Shown piece by piece: positions 21,897-31,036 of a stretch of 64,000 nt of DNA (position 1 is the first letter of the stretch; every line of letters starts with the position of its first letter). A program made the translations under genes and the position numbers. The notes under the pieces are model-generated. The model was not told the origin of the DNA. It did no database searches and saw only the letters and a program-made list of their open reading frames with translations. The DNA comes from Gammaproteobacteria bacterium (GTDB lineage Bacteria > Pseudomonadota > Gammaproteobacteria > UBA4575). The stretch is from assembly GCA_965215055.1 (NCBI GenBank), contig OZ244046.1, positions 169,138 through 233,137 of the forward strand, in the 5' to 3' direction.

Positions 21897-21988
21897 GGAG
21901 AGATGCCGGAGTGGTTGAACGGGCTCGCCTGGAAAGTGAGTGTGTCCTCAATGGGGCACCGAGGGTTCGAATCCCTCTCTCTCCGCCA
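21897..21988 (+). tRNA. tRNA-Ser (anticodon GGA), class II tRNA with a long variable arm
   Basis: GGAGAGATGCCGGAGTGGTTGAACGGGCTCGCCTGGAAAGTGAGTGTGTCCTCAATGGGGCACCGAGGGTTCGAATCCCTCTCTCTCCGCCA. The 7-bp acceptor stem GGAGAGA/TCTCTCC pairs, the D-loop and T-loop (GGTTCGAATCC) are canonical, the anticodon loop is CTGGAAA, and CCA is encoded. Confidence 0.85.
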
Positions 21989-22133
21989 AGAGTATAAAGT
22001 AGGTATAGCAGAATAGAGTCTATTTATTGCATATCCAACATTGAAAAACTTTTCAATGCTTCACCAAAGTCAACTAGGAGGCATCCTTTGCCTAGGGCAA
22101 GGAAATAGACACTAAAATGAAGAATACCTGAAA

Positions 22134-22619
22134 TCAGGCTACAATACGGTGAAATTTACCTTGATGCCAAACAGTGGGACTTTCATCGTTAACCCTTACA
22201 TGTTTGACTTCACCTACCAGAATAACGTGATCGCCACCAGGGTAGATGTATTTGGTTTCGCATTCCAGAGATGCGGGAACATCTGCAAGGATTGGGAGGC
22301 CGCTTGTGCCAGATGTAAACTCATCGCCGCTAAATTTGTCACAACCTTTAGTTGCAAACTTAAGAGCTAGTCCCTCATGCTTTGAACTTATAATATTGAT
22401 AGCAAATTGCTTCTCATTATTGAAGTATTCAAAACAGTCGGCACCATTCGCCAAACAAACCAGAACTAGAGGAGGAGAAAGTGAAAGAGATGAGAATGCA
22501 GACGCCGTAAATCCATATCGCTGATTATCACTACCAATTGTTGTTACAATTGTAACGCCGCTTGGGAAACAGCCCATAGCACGTTTGAAATCGTCGCTGC
22601 TGAGTTGACTGGAACTCAT
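22134..22619 (-). CDS. flavin reductase-like domain protein (HpaC/RutF-type NAD(P)H-flavin oxidoreductase)
   Basis: 161 aa; flavin-reductase signature region FKRAMGCFPSGVTIVTT...GFTASAFSSLSLSPPLVLVCL. Confidence 0.7.
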   Translation of the reverse strand: MSSSQLSSDDFKRAMGCFPSGVTIVTTIGSDNQRYGFTASAFSSLSLSPPLVLVCLANGADCFEYFNNEKQFAINIISSKHEGLALKFATKGCDKFSGDEFTSGTSGLPILADVPASLECETKYIYPGGDHVILVGEVKHVRVNDESPTVWHQGKFHRIVA

Positions 22620-22835
22620 TATAGATGCAGGAAGAATAAATAGAGTTTAAATTAGAAGTTATGGTGTTGGAATTTAGTGGGTTAGTCAAATAATTTATTG
22701 AAAATAAACAGACAGGTATAGGGGAACGTGATTGTTTCGATGACAGTAGCGGTTCTTATATCGCACCTAATAGTTCCTTTTTATTGATTTATCTCATAAA
22801 ATCCACAAAGCCTTATCTTTTAAGGAGGATAGAGA

Positions 22836-23432
22836 GTGAAATTGCTTGGTTTGTCAGGGGGCTTGAGCCGTAAGACTCTAATTGCGATTGAAAAGACACT
22901 GGAGTTTGCTAGTCAGTACGATGACACTATTGACGTGGAAGCACTCAATATTTGTGCATACGATGTGCAATTCTGTGATGGTAGAGATCCTGTCAATTAT
23001 GAAGGGGATTCGAGGCTTGTCATTGATAAAGTAGTAGAAGCAGATGCTCTGTTAATAGGTACCCCTGTATACAGAGGCACCTATACTGGCTTGCTGAAAA
23101 ACGTGTTTGATCTAATTCCAAATGATGCACTTTTGGGTAAGCCTGTAGGCTTAATTGTGACAGGGGGTAGTGACCACCATTATCTGGTAATAGAGCATGA
23201 GTTAAAACCTATCATGGGTTTTTTTCTTGCGCATGTATTACCAGGTGGTGTTTATGCTAATAATGAACACTATTCAGATCATGATTTGGTAAGCGAAGAT
23301 ATACTTGAACGATTGGAACAACTTGCTAAGTCTGTTGTCAATTTTGCCAAGATTATTCCGGCTGACAGACTGAGCATAGTTGGTGCTTTGGGGCCGACAA
23401 TTCGTCGCAAATCACTGAAAAAAAGCAATTGA
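22836..23432 (+). CDS. NADPH-dependent FMN reductase family protein (SsuE/flavodoxin-like fold)
   Basis: 198 aa; flavodoxin-like pattern with an N-terminal glycine-rich loop (LLGLSGGLSRKT) and LIGTPVYRGTYTGLLKN, as in NADPH-dependent FMN reductases. Confidence 0.55.
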   Translation: MKLLGLSGGLSRKTLIAIEKTLEFASQYDDTIDVEALNICAYDVQFCDGRDPVNYEGDSRLVIDKVVEADALLIGTPVYRGTYTGLLKNVFDLIPNDALLGKPVGLIVTGGSDHHYLVIEHELKPIMGFFLAHVLPGGVYANNEHYSDHDLVSEDILERLEQLAKSVVNFAKIIPADRLSIVGALGPTIRRKSLKKSN

Positions 23433-23660
23433 CGCACGGAGTTTTCACGAAAATTTATTGATGGAAGTAGAACATAGTGGAGAAAATAACCCCTCCCTCA
23501 TCCAATGCTTTCTGAAACCGTTGGCTTTTCTGCCGAAGTAGTTGAAAAAACTATTGTTGATATGTATGTCAAGTGAAACCACCGTTTCAGTGACCACTGG
23601 TTTTCGTTTTGTTTTCTATTTGTCGCATTTCACTGATATAAACTATAAGTTATAGTCTTA

Positions 23661-23772
23661 GTGCGGCCTGTGTCAGTACCCTTGTGACGAAAGCTGTGAA
23701 CCCCGCCAGGCCTGGAAGGGAGCAACGGTAGCAGTTGTTTCGGGTACAAAGGAACTACTGGCACAGGTCGCC
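23661..23772 (+). ncRNA. ffs: signal recognition particle RNA (4.5S RNA, ffs)
   Basis: Contains the SRP domain-IV consensus CCAGGCCUGGAAGGGAGCAACGG (compare E. coli AGGUCCGGAAGGAAGCAGC) with a GGAA tetraloop. 5' GCGGCCUGUGUCAGUA can pair with 3' UACUGGCACAGGUCGC over about 16 bp to form a closing helix. Its position immediately upstream of dnaX matches conserved ffs-dnaX synteny. Confidence 0.7.
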
Positions 23773-23808
23773 AATAACTTGTAATTAGAATAATCGCAAT
23801 CTCATGGC

Positions 23809-25389
23809 ATGAGTTACCAGGCACTAGCACGAAAATGGCGGCCTAAAAATTTTGCTGAGGTCGTTGGCCAAAACCATGTAGTAAAGGCATTGGCGAATGC
23901 ACTTGATCAAGAGCGATTACACCATGCCTACCTGTTTACAGGCACGCGAGGTGTTGGCAAGACCACCATAGCACGAATATTTGCCAAGTGTTTAAACTGT
24001 GAACATGGGATTGACTCCAATCCCTGTGGAGAATGTAGCGCATGTCAGGAAATTAATGAAGGCCGTTTCATTGACCTGATTGAAGTGGATGCTGCTTCCC
24101 GCACCCAGGTGGAAGATACGCGCGGATTGCTTGACAATGTTCAGTACAGTCCGACTAGTGGCAGCTACAAGGTTTACCTAATTGATGAAGTTCATATGCT
24201 ATCAAAACATAGTTTTAACGCATTGTTGAAGACGCTGGAAGAACCCCCGCCTCACGTTAAATTTCTTCTGGCAACGACGGAGCCGCAAAAAATACCTATG
24301 ACGGTATTGTCTCGTTGCTTGTCGTTTAACTTGAAAAGATTGTCTGGCGAAATGGTCGCCCGACAATTGGAAAAAATTGCACAGGCTGAAAATATTTCAT
24401 TTGAGCAAATCGCCTTAAGCTCTCTTGCTCGCGCAGCAGATGGTAGTATGCGTGACGCATTGAGCCTTCTGGACCAGGCAATCGCGCACGGTAGTGGTAG
24501 TGTTACAGATGCGGATGTGCATGAGATGCTGGGCACTGTACCAAGGGAGTATTTGCACAAATTGATGTTGGCACTGGCAGATAGAGAGGCTGCCGTAGTT
24601 ATGCAATGCACGCATGAGCTTGCGCAACTGTCTGCTGATTTTAGCAGTCTTTTTGAAGATATTATTCATCTGCTGCATCAGACTGCATTGTTGCAATCTG
24701 TGCCAGGCATTCGGGACACTATAGAGTATGATGGAGAAGTCATTGAAAATTTAAGCAAGCAATTAAGTTCAGAAGACGTGCAACTGTTTTACCAGATAGC
24801 GCTTATTGGCAGGCGTGACTTGAATCTTGCGACGTCTCCGCATGCTGCGCTGGAGATGACATTGCTGCGTATGCTTTCATTTATACCTGCTGGTAAGAGT
24901 AGCTATGTCCCTGAAGAAGCTCCAGCAAAAAGCATCAAGGTTGAAAAGGAGGTTGATACTCAAGTAAAGCCGGTCGAAATTAAAAACCCGCTCGATTTGA
25001 ATAAGAGTAGGGAATGCTGGTCAAGGTTGATCGATAATCTGGGTTTGCAAGGCATAACATCTTCCCTTGCGTTAAACTGCAGCGTAAAAAAAGCTGCGGA
25101 TGATTCTATCGTGTTAAACCTTGCTGGACAGCTTGAGGGGATTGCTACTGAAAGCGCAAAACAAAAACTTGAAAAGGCCCTACAAACGTATTTTGATAGG
25201 AGCTTGACACTGACAATCGAATTTTCTTCACATGAAGTTGAAACCCCCGCTGAAACAAGGGAGCGTGAAGTGGCAAAGCAACAATCTAAGGCAGAAAAAG
25301 ATATAGAGGAAGATGGGTTTGTTAAAGCACTTAAATCAAGGTTCAGGGCAGAAATTATTGAAGGGTCAGTAAAGCCTATTGAGAAATAG
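23809..25389 (+). CDS. dnaX: DNA polymerase III subunits gamma and tau
   Basis: Clamp-loader AAA+ motifs: Walker A GTRGVGKTT, zinc module CGECSACQEINEG, SRC motif LSRCLSF, Walker B LIDEVHML. 526 aa. Confidence 0.92.
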   Translation: MSYQALARKWRPKNFAEVVGQNHVVKALANALDQERLHHAYLFTGTRGVGKTTIARIFAKCLNCEHGIDSNPCGECSACQEINEGRFIDLIEVDAASRTQVEDTRGLLDNVQYSPTSGSYKVYLIDEVHMLSKHSFNALLKTLEEPPPHVKFLLATTEPQKIPMTVLSRCLSFNLKRLSGEMVARQLEKIAQAENISFEQIALSSLARAADGSMRDALSLLDQAIAHGSGSVTDADVHEMLGTVPREYLHKLMLALADREAAVVMQCTHELAQLSADFSSLFEDIIHLLHQTALLQSVPGIRDTIEYDGEVIENLSKQLSSEDVQLFYQIALIGRRDLNLATSPHAALEMTLLRMLSFIPAGKSSYVPEEAPAKSIKVEKEVDTQVKPVEIKNPLDLNKSRECWSRLIDNLGLQGITSSLALNCSVKKAADDSIVLNLAGQLEGIATESAKQKLEKALQTYFDRSLTLTIEFSSHEVETPAETREREVAKQQSKAEKDIEEDGFVKALKSRFRAEIIEGSVKPIEK

Positions 25390-25413
25390 ATTATCGATAA
25401 ATCGGAGTTTTAC

Positions 25414-25737
25414 ATGAAAGGTGGGATAGGGAATTTAATGAAGCAAGCGCAAAAAATGCAAGAAGACATGCAAAAAGCGCAAGAAGAACTGAAAAATCTC
25501 GAAGTTGAGGGTCAAGCAGGTGGTGGTTTGGTTAAAGTCTCAATGACGGGGAAACATGAAATTCGCAAGGTGTTGATCGAAGAAAGTTTGTTACATGACG
25601 ATAAAGATATGTTGGAAGATCTGGTCGCGGCTGCTTTCAATGATGCTTCCAATAAAGTAGAGAAGTTGATGAAAGATAAGTTCTCTAATTTTACAGGTGG
25701 GTTGAATTTGCCTGATGGTGTCAAGTTACCATTTTAG
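25414..25737 (+). CDS. ybaB: nucleoid-associated protein YbaB/EbfC
   Basis: 107 aa; N-terminus typical of YbaB ([26 protein letters not shown]); conserved dnaX-ybaB-recR order. Confidence 0.9.
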   Translation: MKGGIGNLMKQAQKMQEDMQKAQEELKNLEVEGQAGGGLVKVSMTGKHEIRKVLIEESLLHDDKDMLEDLVAAAFNDASNKVEKLMKDKFSNFTGGLNLPDGVKLPF

Positions 25738-25746
25738 GCTTTCTTC

Positions 25747-26370
25747 ATGTCTGTAAATAGTGCAAGTGATGGCACGAGAGCGCCACAACTTCTGGGTGTC
25801 TTAATCGAGTCGCTGAAATGCTTGCCCGGAGTTGGGCCGAAGTCCGCACAGCGTATGGCACTTCATCTTTTGCAACGCAATCGTGATGGAGCAAAACACC
25901 TTGCGGATACTCTACGTAAAGCAGTGGAGGAAATAGGCCACTGTAGCAAGTGTCGTATTTTTACTGAGAATGAACTCTGCTCGATCTGCTCAAATGAGTC
26001 GCGCATTAATTCACAGATATGTGTAGTCGAAAATCCTGCCGACGTGCTTACCATAGAAAAAAGTACAAGCTATAAAGGCTGCTACTTTGTCCTAATGGGC
26101 TGTCTCTCACCGCTTGATGGCATTGGGCCGAAAGAGTTAGGTCTTGACATACTGGAAAACCGTTTAATTGAAGATGCTATTGAAGAGTTGATATTGGCGA
26201 CAAACGCAACTGTCGAAGGCGAAGTTACTGCTCACGTGTTGAGTGAAATGGCCCGCAAACGCCATATTCCGACCACACGCCTTGCGCAAGGCGTGCCCGT
26301 AGGAGGAGAACTGGAATTTGTCGATCAAAGTACTATTGCACAAGCGTTTGCGAACCGAAGGAAGTACTAG
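25747..26370 (+). CDS. recR: recombination protein RecR
   Basis: 207 aa; helix-hairpin-helix LPGVGPKSAQRMALHLL, C4 zinc finger CSKC...CSIC, Toprim domain. Confidence 0.92.
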   Translation: MSVNSASDGTRAPQLLGVLIESLKCLPGVGPKSAQRMALHLLQRNRDGAKHLADTLRKAVEEIGHCSKCRIFTENELCSICSNESRINSQICVVENPADVLTIEKSTSYKGCYFVLMGCLSPLDGIGPKELGLDILENRLIEDAIEELILATNATVEGEVTAHVLSEMARKRHIPTTRLAQGVPVGGELEFVDQSTIAQAFANRRKY

Positions 26371-26393
26371 TATGCGCCGAGATCATATAGTTT

Positions 26394-26945
26394 ATGTCTA
26401 AAAATTCAGGTGGTCTGATTTGGATAGACTTGGAAATGACGGGCTTGGACCCGCTTGTAGATCGTATTGTTGAAATAGCGACCATTGTTACCGATAAGAA
26501 TCTGGAGGAGTTGGCGGTTGGTCCGGTTATGGCGATTTATCAAAGGCCTTCTGTACTGAATTCAATGGATGCATGGAATACAAAACAGCATGCTAAATCT
26601 GGCTTAATGAACCGCGTCAAAAATAGTTCCACCAATGAAAAAGAGGCGGAGCAGGCAACGCTGGAGTTTCTTAAGCAATATGTGCCCAGCAACCGTTCAC
26701 CAATATGCGGCAACAGCATCTGTCAGGATCGAAGGTTTTTGGCGCACTACATGCCTGAGTTGGAGAATTATTTTCATTATAGAAATCTTGACGTCAGTAC
26801 TTTGAAAGAGCTTGCGTGGCGATGGTATCCCGACATTGCAAAAGGCTTTTCAAAAGAGTCCAAGCACTTGGCACTGGATGATATAAGAGACTCGATTGAA
26901 GAACTAAAGTATTACCGACAACATTTGTTACAAGCTACACTGTAG
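26394..26945 (+). CDS. orn: oligoribonuclease
   Basis: 183 aa; DEDDh exonuclease N-terminus [13 protein letters not shown]; collinear with E. coli Orn. Confidence 0.9.
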   Translation: MSKNSGGLIWIDLEMTGLDPLVDRIVEIATIVTDKNLEELAVGPVMAIYQRPSVLNSMDAWNTKQHAKSGLMNRVKNSSTNEKEAEQATLEFLKQYVPSNRSPICGNSICQDRRFLAHYMPELENYFHYRNLDVSTLKELAWRWYPDIAKGFSKESKHLALDDIRDSIEELKYYRQHLLQATL

Positions 26946-26953
26946 AGTAGCCC

Positions 26954-28603
26954 TCATAAAGCTGCACATACGGATCGCTTAGCGTTTGTGGCCTTATTTC
27001 CAAGTTTCAGAATAGTGTCTTTGTTTTCTAGTTCAGGGTTGGGATTCGGATAGTCCAGGGTGTAATGCAAGCCACGACTTTCTTTTCTTGCCAGCGCACT
27101 TTGAATAATTAAGTCTGCTACCAGAGTTAAATTTCGTAGCTCAATCAAGTTACTATTGACACGAAAGTTACTGTAATATTCCTCGATTTCCGATGTCAGC
27201 AGGTCGACACGATGTTTGGCGCGCTGTAATCTTTTGTTGGTACGTACGATGCCGACATAATCCCACATGAATCTTCTTAACTCATCCCAGTTATGGCTAA
27301 CTACTATTTCTTCATCTGGTTCAGTCACCCGGCTTTCATCCCAGGCAGGAATGGTAATGTCGGCCGTGTCTTGTGCCCCTCTTGAGTTGATGTCTTCGCT
27401 GGCAGATTTAGCAAACACTAGGCATTCGAGCAAGGAGTTACTAGCCATGCGGTTAGCGCCGTGTAGACCCGTGTGCGTAGTTTCTCCGATAGCATATAAA
27501 TTGCTGATATCTGTTCGTCCGTGTAAATCCGTTATTACTCCACCACATGTGTAATGCGCGGCTGGGACTACCGGTAAAGGATCTTTCGATATATCGTGCC
27601 CCAGCTTCAGGCATCGTGCATATACATTTGGAAAATAAGATTTAATAAACTTGCTTGGCTTGTGACTGATGTCTAGATACACACAGTTGATACCGAGTTG
27701 TTTCATTTTATAGTCAATGGCACGTGCAACGATATCGCGAGGGGCAAGTACTCCACGTGAGTCAAATTCATGGACGAACTCCGAACCATCAGGCAATAGA
27801 AGTTTTCCGCCTTCGCCTCGAATAGCTTCCGTGATCAGGTACGTCTTGGCACCAGGGTGATAGAGGCAGGTAGGGTGAAATTGAATAAATTCCATGTTAG
27901 CAACGCGGCATCCCGCACGCCACGCCATTGCGATGCCATCACCTGAAGCACCATCGGGGTTGCTCGTATACAAATAAACTTTGCTTGCTCCGCCCGTTGC
28001 AAGCACTACGTATCTTGCCTTGAAGGACTCTATACTTTGTCTTTTTGCATCAAGCACGTATGCGCCAATACACTGATTACTCAAGTGTCGTTTTGAGCCA
28101 TGAGAGATTTTATGCGTGGTTACCAGATCAATGGCAATGTGATGCTCAAAGATACTGATATGTTTTTTTTTAAGTATATTTTTGATTAGGGCATTTTCTA
28201 TTGCCCATCCAGTAGCGTCTTCTGCGTGTACCACCCTGCGGTTGGTATGTCCACCTTCACGGGTTAAATGCAAGTAGGGCCTACCGTCCAGCCCTATCTC
28301 TCGTGTAAACTCGACGCCAAGCCTGATTAACCAGGATATCATTTCCTTGCCATGTGTAACCGTATGCAATACGGTGGGCCTATTGCAAAGACCAACACCG
28401 GCATCCACCGTATCGGTCACATGTTGTTCAATGGAGTCCTTGTCATCGACCACTGCGGAAATGCCACCTTGAGCCTTGGTAGTATTACCTGCGTTTAATA
28501 GGCCTTTTGAAATTACGGCTACCCGATAACTTGGACTAAGGCGTAGCGCGAGGCTTAAACCGGCCGCACCACTGCCTATGATTAAGACGTCAAAATCGCG
28601 CAT
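26954..28603 (-). CDS. nadB: L-aspartate oxidase
   Basis: 549 aa; FAD-binding N-terminus DVLIIGSGAAGLSLAL and succinate dehydrogenase/fumarate reductase flavoprotein family motifs; convergent with orn. Confidence 0.9.
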   Translation of the reverse strand: MRDFDVLIIGSGAAGLSLALRLSPSYRVAVISKGLLNAGNTTKAQGGISAVVDDKDSIEQHVTDTVDAGVGLCNRPTVLHTVTHGKEMISWLIRLGVEFTREIGLDGRPYLHLTREGGHTNRRVVHAEDATGWAIENALIKNILKKKHISIFEHHIAIDLVTTHKISHGSKRHLSNQCIGAYVLDAKRQSIESFKARYVVLATGGASKVYLYTSNPDGASGDGIAMAWRAGCRVANMEFIQFHPTCLYHPGAKTYLITEAIRGEGGKLLLPDGSEFVHEFDSRGVLAPRDIVARAIDYKMKQLGINCVYLDISHKPSKFIKSYFPNVYARCLKLGHDISKDPLPVVPAAHYTCGGVITDLHGRTDISNLYAIGETTHTGLHGANRMASNSLLECLVFAKSASEDINSRGAQDTADITIPAWDESRVTEPDEEIVVSHNWDELRRFMWDYVGIVRTNKRLQRAKHRVDLLTSEIEEYYSNFRVNSNLIELRNLTLVADLIIQSALARKESRGLHYTLDYPNPNPELENKDTILKLGNKATNAKRSVCAAL

Positions 28604-28717
28604 AATAAATTATGGTAAGGTTTCCCTGTTGCAATTTCTTATTATGTCATAGTCAGAGTACTCAAATTAGTAAAGTGACACTACTAATGGAAGGGCCCTG
28701 TAATGAAAAAGTGATAG

Positions 28718-28746
28718 AGAACTCTTACATCATAAACTTGTCTTAT
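28718..28746 (+). promoter_or_regulatory. candidate sigma-E (RpoE/AlgU)-dependent autoregulatory promoter upstream of rpoE
   Basis: gaGAACTCtt-N16-TCTTA resembles the sigma-E consensus GGAACTT-N16-TCNAA. It lies about 40 bp upstream of the rpoE start. Confidence 0.35.
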
Positions 28747-28783
28747 GGCTATGGCTGCTTATGGGTAGTCATGATGCGAGGGG

Positions 28784-29368
28784 TTGGCCCAGATGGGCAG
28801 GGATAATAGCGATCAGGAACTGGTAAAGAAAGCTCAACGTGGGAACAAGGCGGCTTTTGGTGCATTAGTTGTAAAATACCAATACAAAATAGCCAACCTG
28901 GTTATTCGTTATGTAAAGGACGAGGATGATGCCCAAGACGTGGTACAGGAAGCATTTATAAAGGCTTACCGGGGGCTCGCGAAATTTCGAGGTGATAGTG
29001 CTTTTTATACGTGGCTATACAGGATTGCAATAAATTCAGCTAAGAACTATATAGTATCGCAAAGTCGGAAAACTCCCGGCCGTGCTATAGCCATGGAAGA
29101 TACGGAACACATGGAATCCGCGGCTTTGATTAAAGAATTTGACACTCCTGAGGAGAATATGCTCACGAGTGAAATTGAAAAAACTATCTATCAAACTATA
29201 AAAGAATTACCGGAAGACTTGAAGGTGGTGATAACGTTGCGTGAGATTGAGGGAATGACATACGATGAAATTGCGAGTGTAGTGGAATGTCCGATAGGGA
29301 CTGTACGTTCGAGGATTTTTCGAGCGCGTGAAGCAATTGATAAGCACCTCAAACCGCTGTTAAATTAA
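28784..29368 (+). CDS. rpoE: RNA polymerase sigma-E (ECF sigma-24) factor
   Basis: 194 aa; ECF sigma regions 2 and 4 (LVVKYQYKIANLVIRYV, AQDVVQEAFIKAYRGL, REIEGMTYDEIASVVECPIGTVRSRIFRAREAI); followed by rseA/rseB. Confidence 0.92.
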   Translation: MAQMGRDNSDQELVKKAQRGNKAAFGALVVKYQYKIANLVIRYVKDEDDAQDVVQEAFIKAYRGLAKFRGDSAFYTWLYRIAINSAKNYIVSQSRKTPGRAIAMEDTEHMESAALIKEFDTPEENMLTSEIEKTIYQTIKELPEDLKVVITLREIEGMTYDEIASVVECPIGTVRSRIFRAREAIDKHLKPLLN

Positions 29369-29388
29369 TTACGCAAAACGAATTTACT

Positions 29389-29967
29389 ATGAAAAAAACC
29401 GATCAAGAGCTTTTGTCAAGAATGCTAGACGAGGACATCTCCGAATTTGAGATGCAGCGTATCCTGAGAGAGATGCAGTTCAGTCCCGAATTGCGCGCTA
29501 AATTGCAGCGTTACAATATTATTGGTCATGCCATGCGCGGACAACTGCCGGCTCGATTGAATTATAATCTTCCCGATGACGTTATGAACGAGTTATCTAG
29601 TGAAATGAAGCCAGATTCAGGCTTAAACGAGTCAAGGCGAGATTCAGCCAGTATAAAAATCAAAATGGCAATAGGTTTTGTTGCTGCCGCATCAGTGGCC
29701 GTAGTTTCATTTATTGCTTTTCAAAATCTGATACAGCTAGACAAAAGTATCGATAATGTTACGGTTGTTGCAGAGCAGATAGCTGAAGAAAATAGCGCGC
29801 AATATATCAGCGAAGAGAAATTACACGACTTTATTTCAAGTCCTGAAGCTGCTGAGGAATTTAACAGTTATTTCGTGAATCACGTGGAGTATGCATCTCC
29901 CCGCGCATCAATGCCGCACGTAAGAATTGTTGGCTATGGCCGAATTCAACCTGAAAACGACGATTAG
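29389..29967 (+). CDS. rseA: anti-sigma-E factor RseA/MucA
   Basis: N-terminal anti-sigma domain (LSRMLDEDISEFE ... YNIIGHAMRGQLP) collinear with the RseA N-terminus; a single TM segment mid-protein; positioned directly after rpoE. Confidence 0.7.
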   Translation: MKKTDQELLSRMLDEDISEFEMQRILREMQFSPELRAKLQRYNIIGHAMRGQLPARLNYNLPDDVMNELSSEMKPDSGLNESRRDSASIKIKMAIGFVAAASVAVVSFIAFQNLIQLDKSIDNVTVVAEQIAEENSAQYISEEKLHDFISSPEAAEEFNSYFVNHVEYASPRASMPHVRIVGYGRIQPENDD

Positions 29968-30943
29968 TCACAAAATATCTCTGGCTCAAATATTGTTAGT
30001 AATATTGTTGGCCAGCAGCTTGCCTACTGCTTATGCAGAAGGCAGTGTGCAAGAACTTCTTGACAAAATGAGCCGGACCCTGGAAATGGGCAGCTATCAA
30101 GGCACATTTGTATTGATGCACGATGAAAGTGTTGAAACCATGCAGATCACTCATGGATATTCATCTGCCGGTGTCAAGGAAAAACTGGTTTCACTGACCG
30201 GAGACGCGCGCGAAGTCATTCGTGATCAGGATGTAGTTACGTGCATCTGGCCAAAAGATAAGCTGGTTGTTATTGAGGTTGCCCGTACAAGACGAGGACT
30301 ACCTTCATCTTTTTTATTGGAAAACGTAAACGAACTGACCTCTCACTATAAAGTAACCGAAGCAGGTCTCGCTCGCGCCGCCGGACTTAACTGCAAAATA
30401 ATCAGGTTTGAGCCGCTGGACAAACTTCGCTATGGCCATGAGTTATGTGTCAGCACAGAATTTGGTATGTTACTGGCATCGAAAACCTTCGATGCCAGTA
30501 ACAAGGTGATTGAAAAAATGATGTTTACGAGCTTTCAGATGCTTCAGTCTGTGCCTGATACCTTGTTTGAGCCTGGCGTGCAACTGAATGATTACACTTG
30601 GAAAACGGCGAATACAGGATTGGATGGAAGGTTACAGCCTGACCAAGCGTGGAAAATAAAAAATTTACCGCCGGGATTTTCCCTGAGCAGCGTTACTAGG
30701 CGCTTGATAAGTGCTAGCAAAAAACCTGTTCAACACATGGTGCTTACCGATGGATTAGCTTCCATCTCCATATTCATAAGCAAAGTTGATCGCTTGCAAC
30801 CTTTTCACCATGGTGCACATAACAAAGGTGTGATCAATGCCTATACCCGTAATCTGAATCAACACCAAATAACGGTCGTAGGCGAGGTGCCGGAAGGGAC
30901 TGTAAAGATGATTGGCTTATCAATTTCTTATTCGCGCCCATGA
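29927..30943 (+). CDS. rseB: sigma-E regulatory protein RseB/MucB
   Basis: 338 aa with a signal peptide, at the conserved position after rseA (overlapping its end); size and periplasmic character fit MucB/RseB. Confidence 0.7.
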   Translation: MLAMAEFNLKTTISHKISLAQILLVILLASSLPTAYAEGSVQELLDKMSRTLEMGSYQGTFVLMHDESVETMQITHGYSSAGVKEKLVSLTGDAREVIRDQDVVTCIWPKDKLVVIEVARTRRGLPSSFLLENVNELTSHYKVTEAGLARAAGLNCKIIRFEPLDKLRYGHELCVSTEFGMLLASKTFDASNKVIEKMMFTSFQMLQSVPDTLFEPGVQLNDYTWKTANTGLDGRLQPDQAWKIKNLPPGFSLSSVTRRLISASKKPVQHMVLTDGLASISIFISKVDRLQPFHHGAHNKGVINAYTRNLNQHQITVVGEVPEGTVKMIGLSISYSRP

Positions 30944-30979
30944 TTCACTACCAACTGTAAACTTTAGTATTTACTACAT

Positions 30980-31008
30980 GGAACTTTTTTAATCTCGCAA
31001 AAGTCAAG
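30980..31008 (+). promoter_or_regulatory. candidate sigma-E-dependent promoter for degP/mucD
   Basis: GGAACTT-N17-TCAAG, located about 30 bp upstream of the degP start codon. degP/mucD is a canonical sigma-E regulon member. Confidence 0.4.
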
Positions 31009-31036
31009 TAGACCTATACAGGATCAAAAAAGAGTA

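Noticed and set aside
23630-23830. 66-aa minus-strand ORF upstream of dnaX
   Set aside because: It lies on top of the SRP RNA (ffs) candidate and overlaps the dnaX start. Its sequence is low-complexity with no motif.
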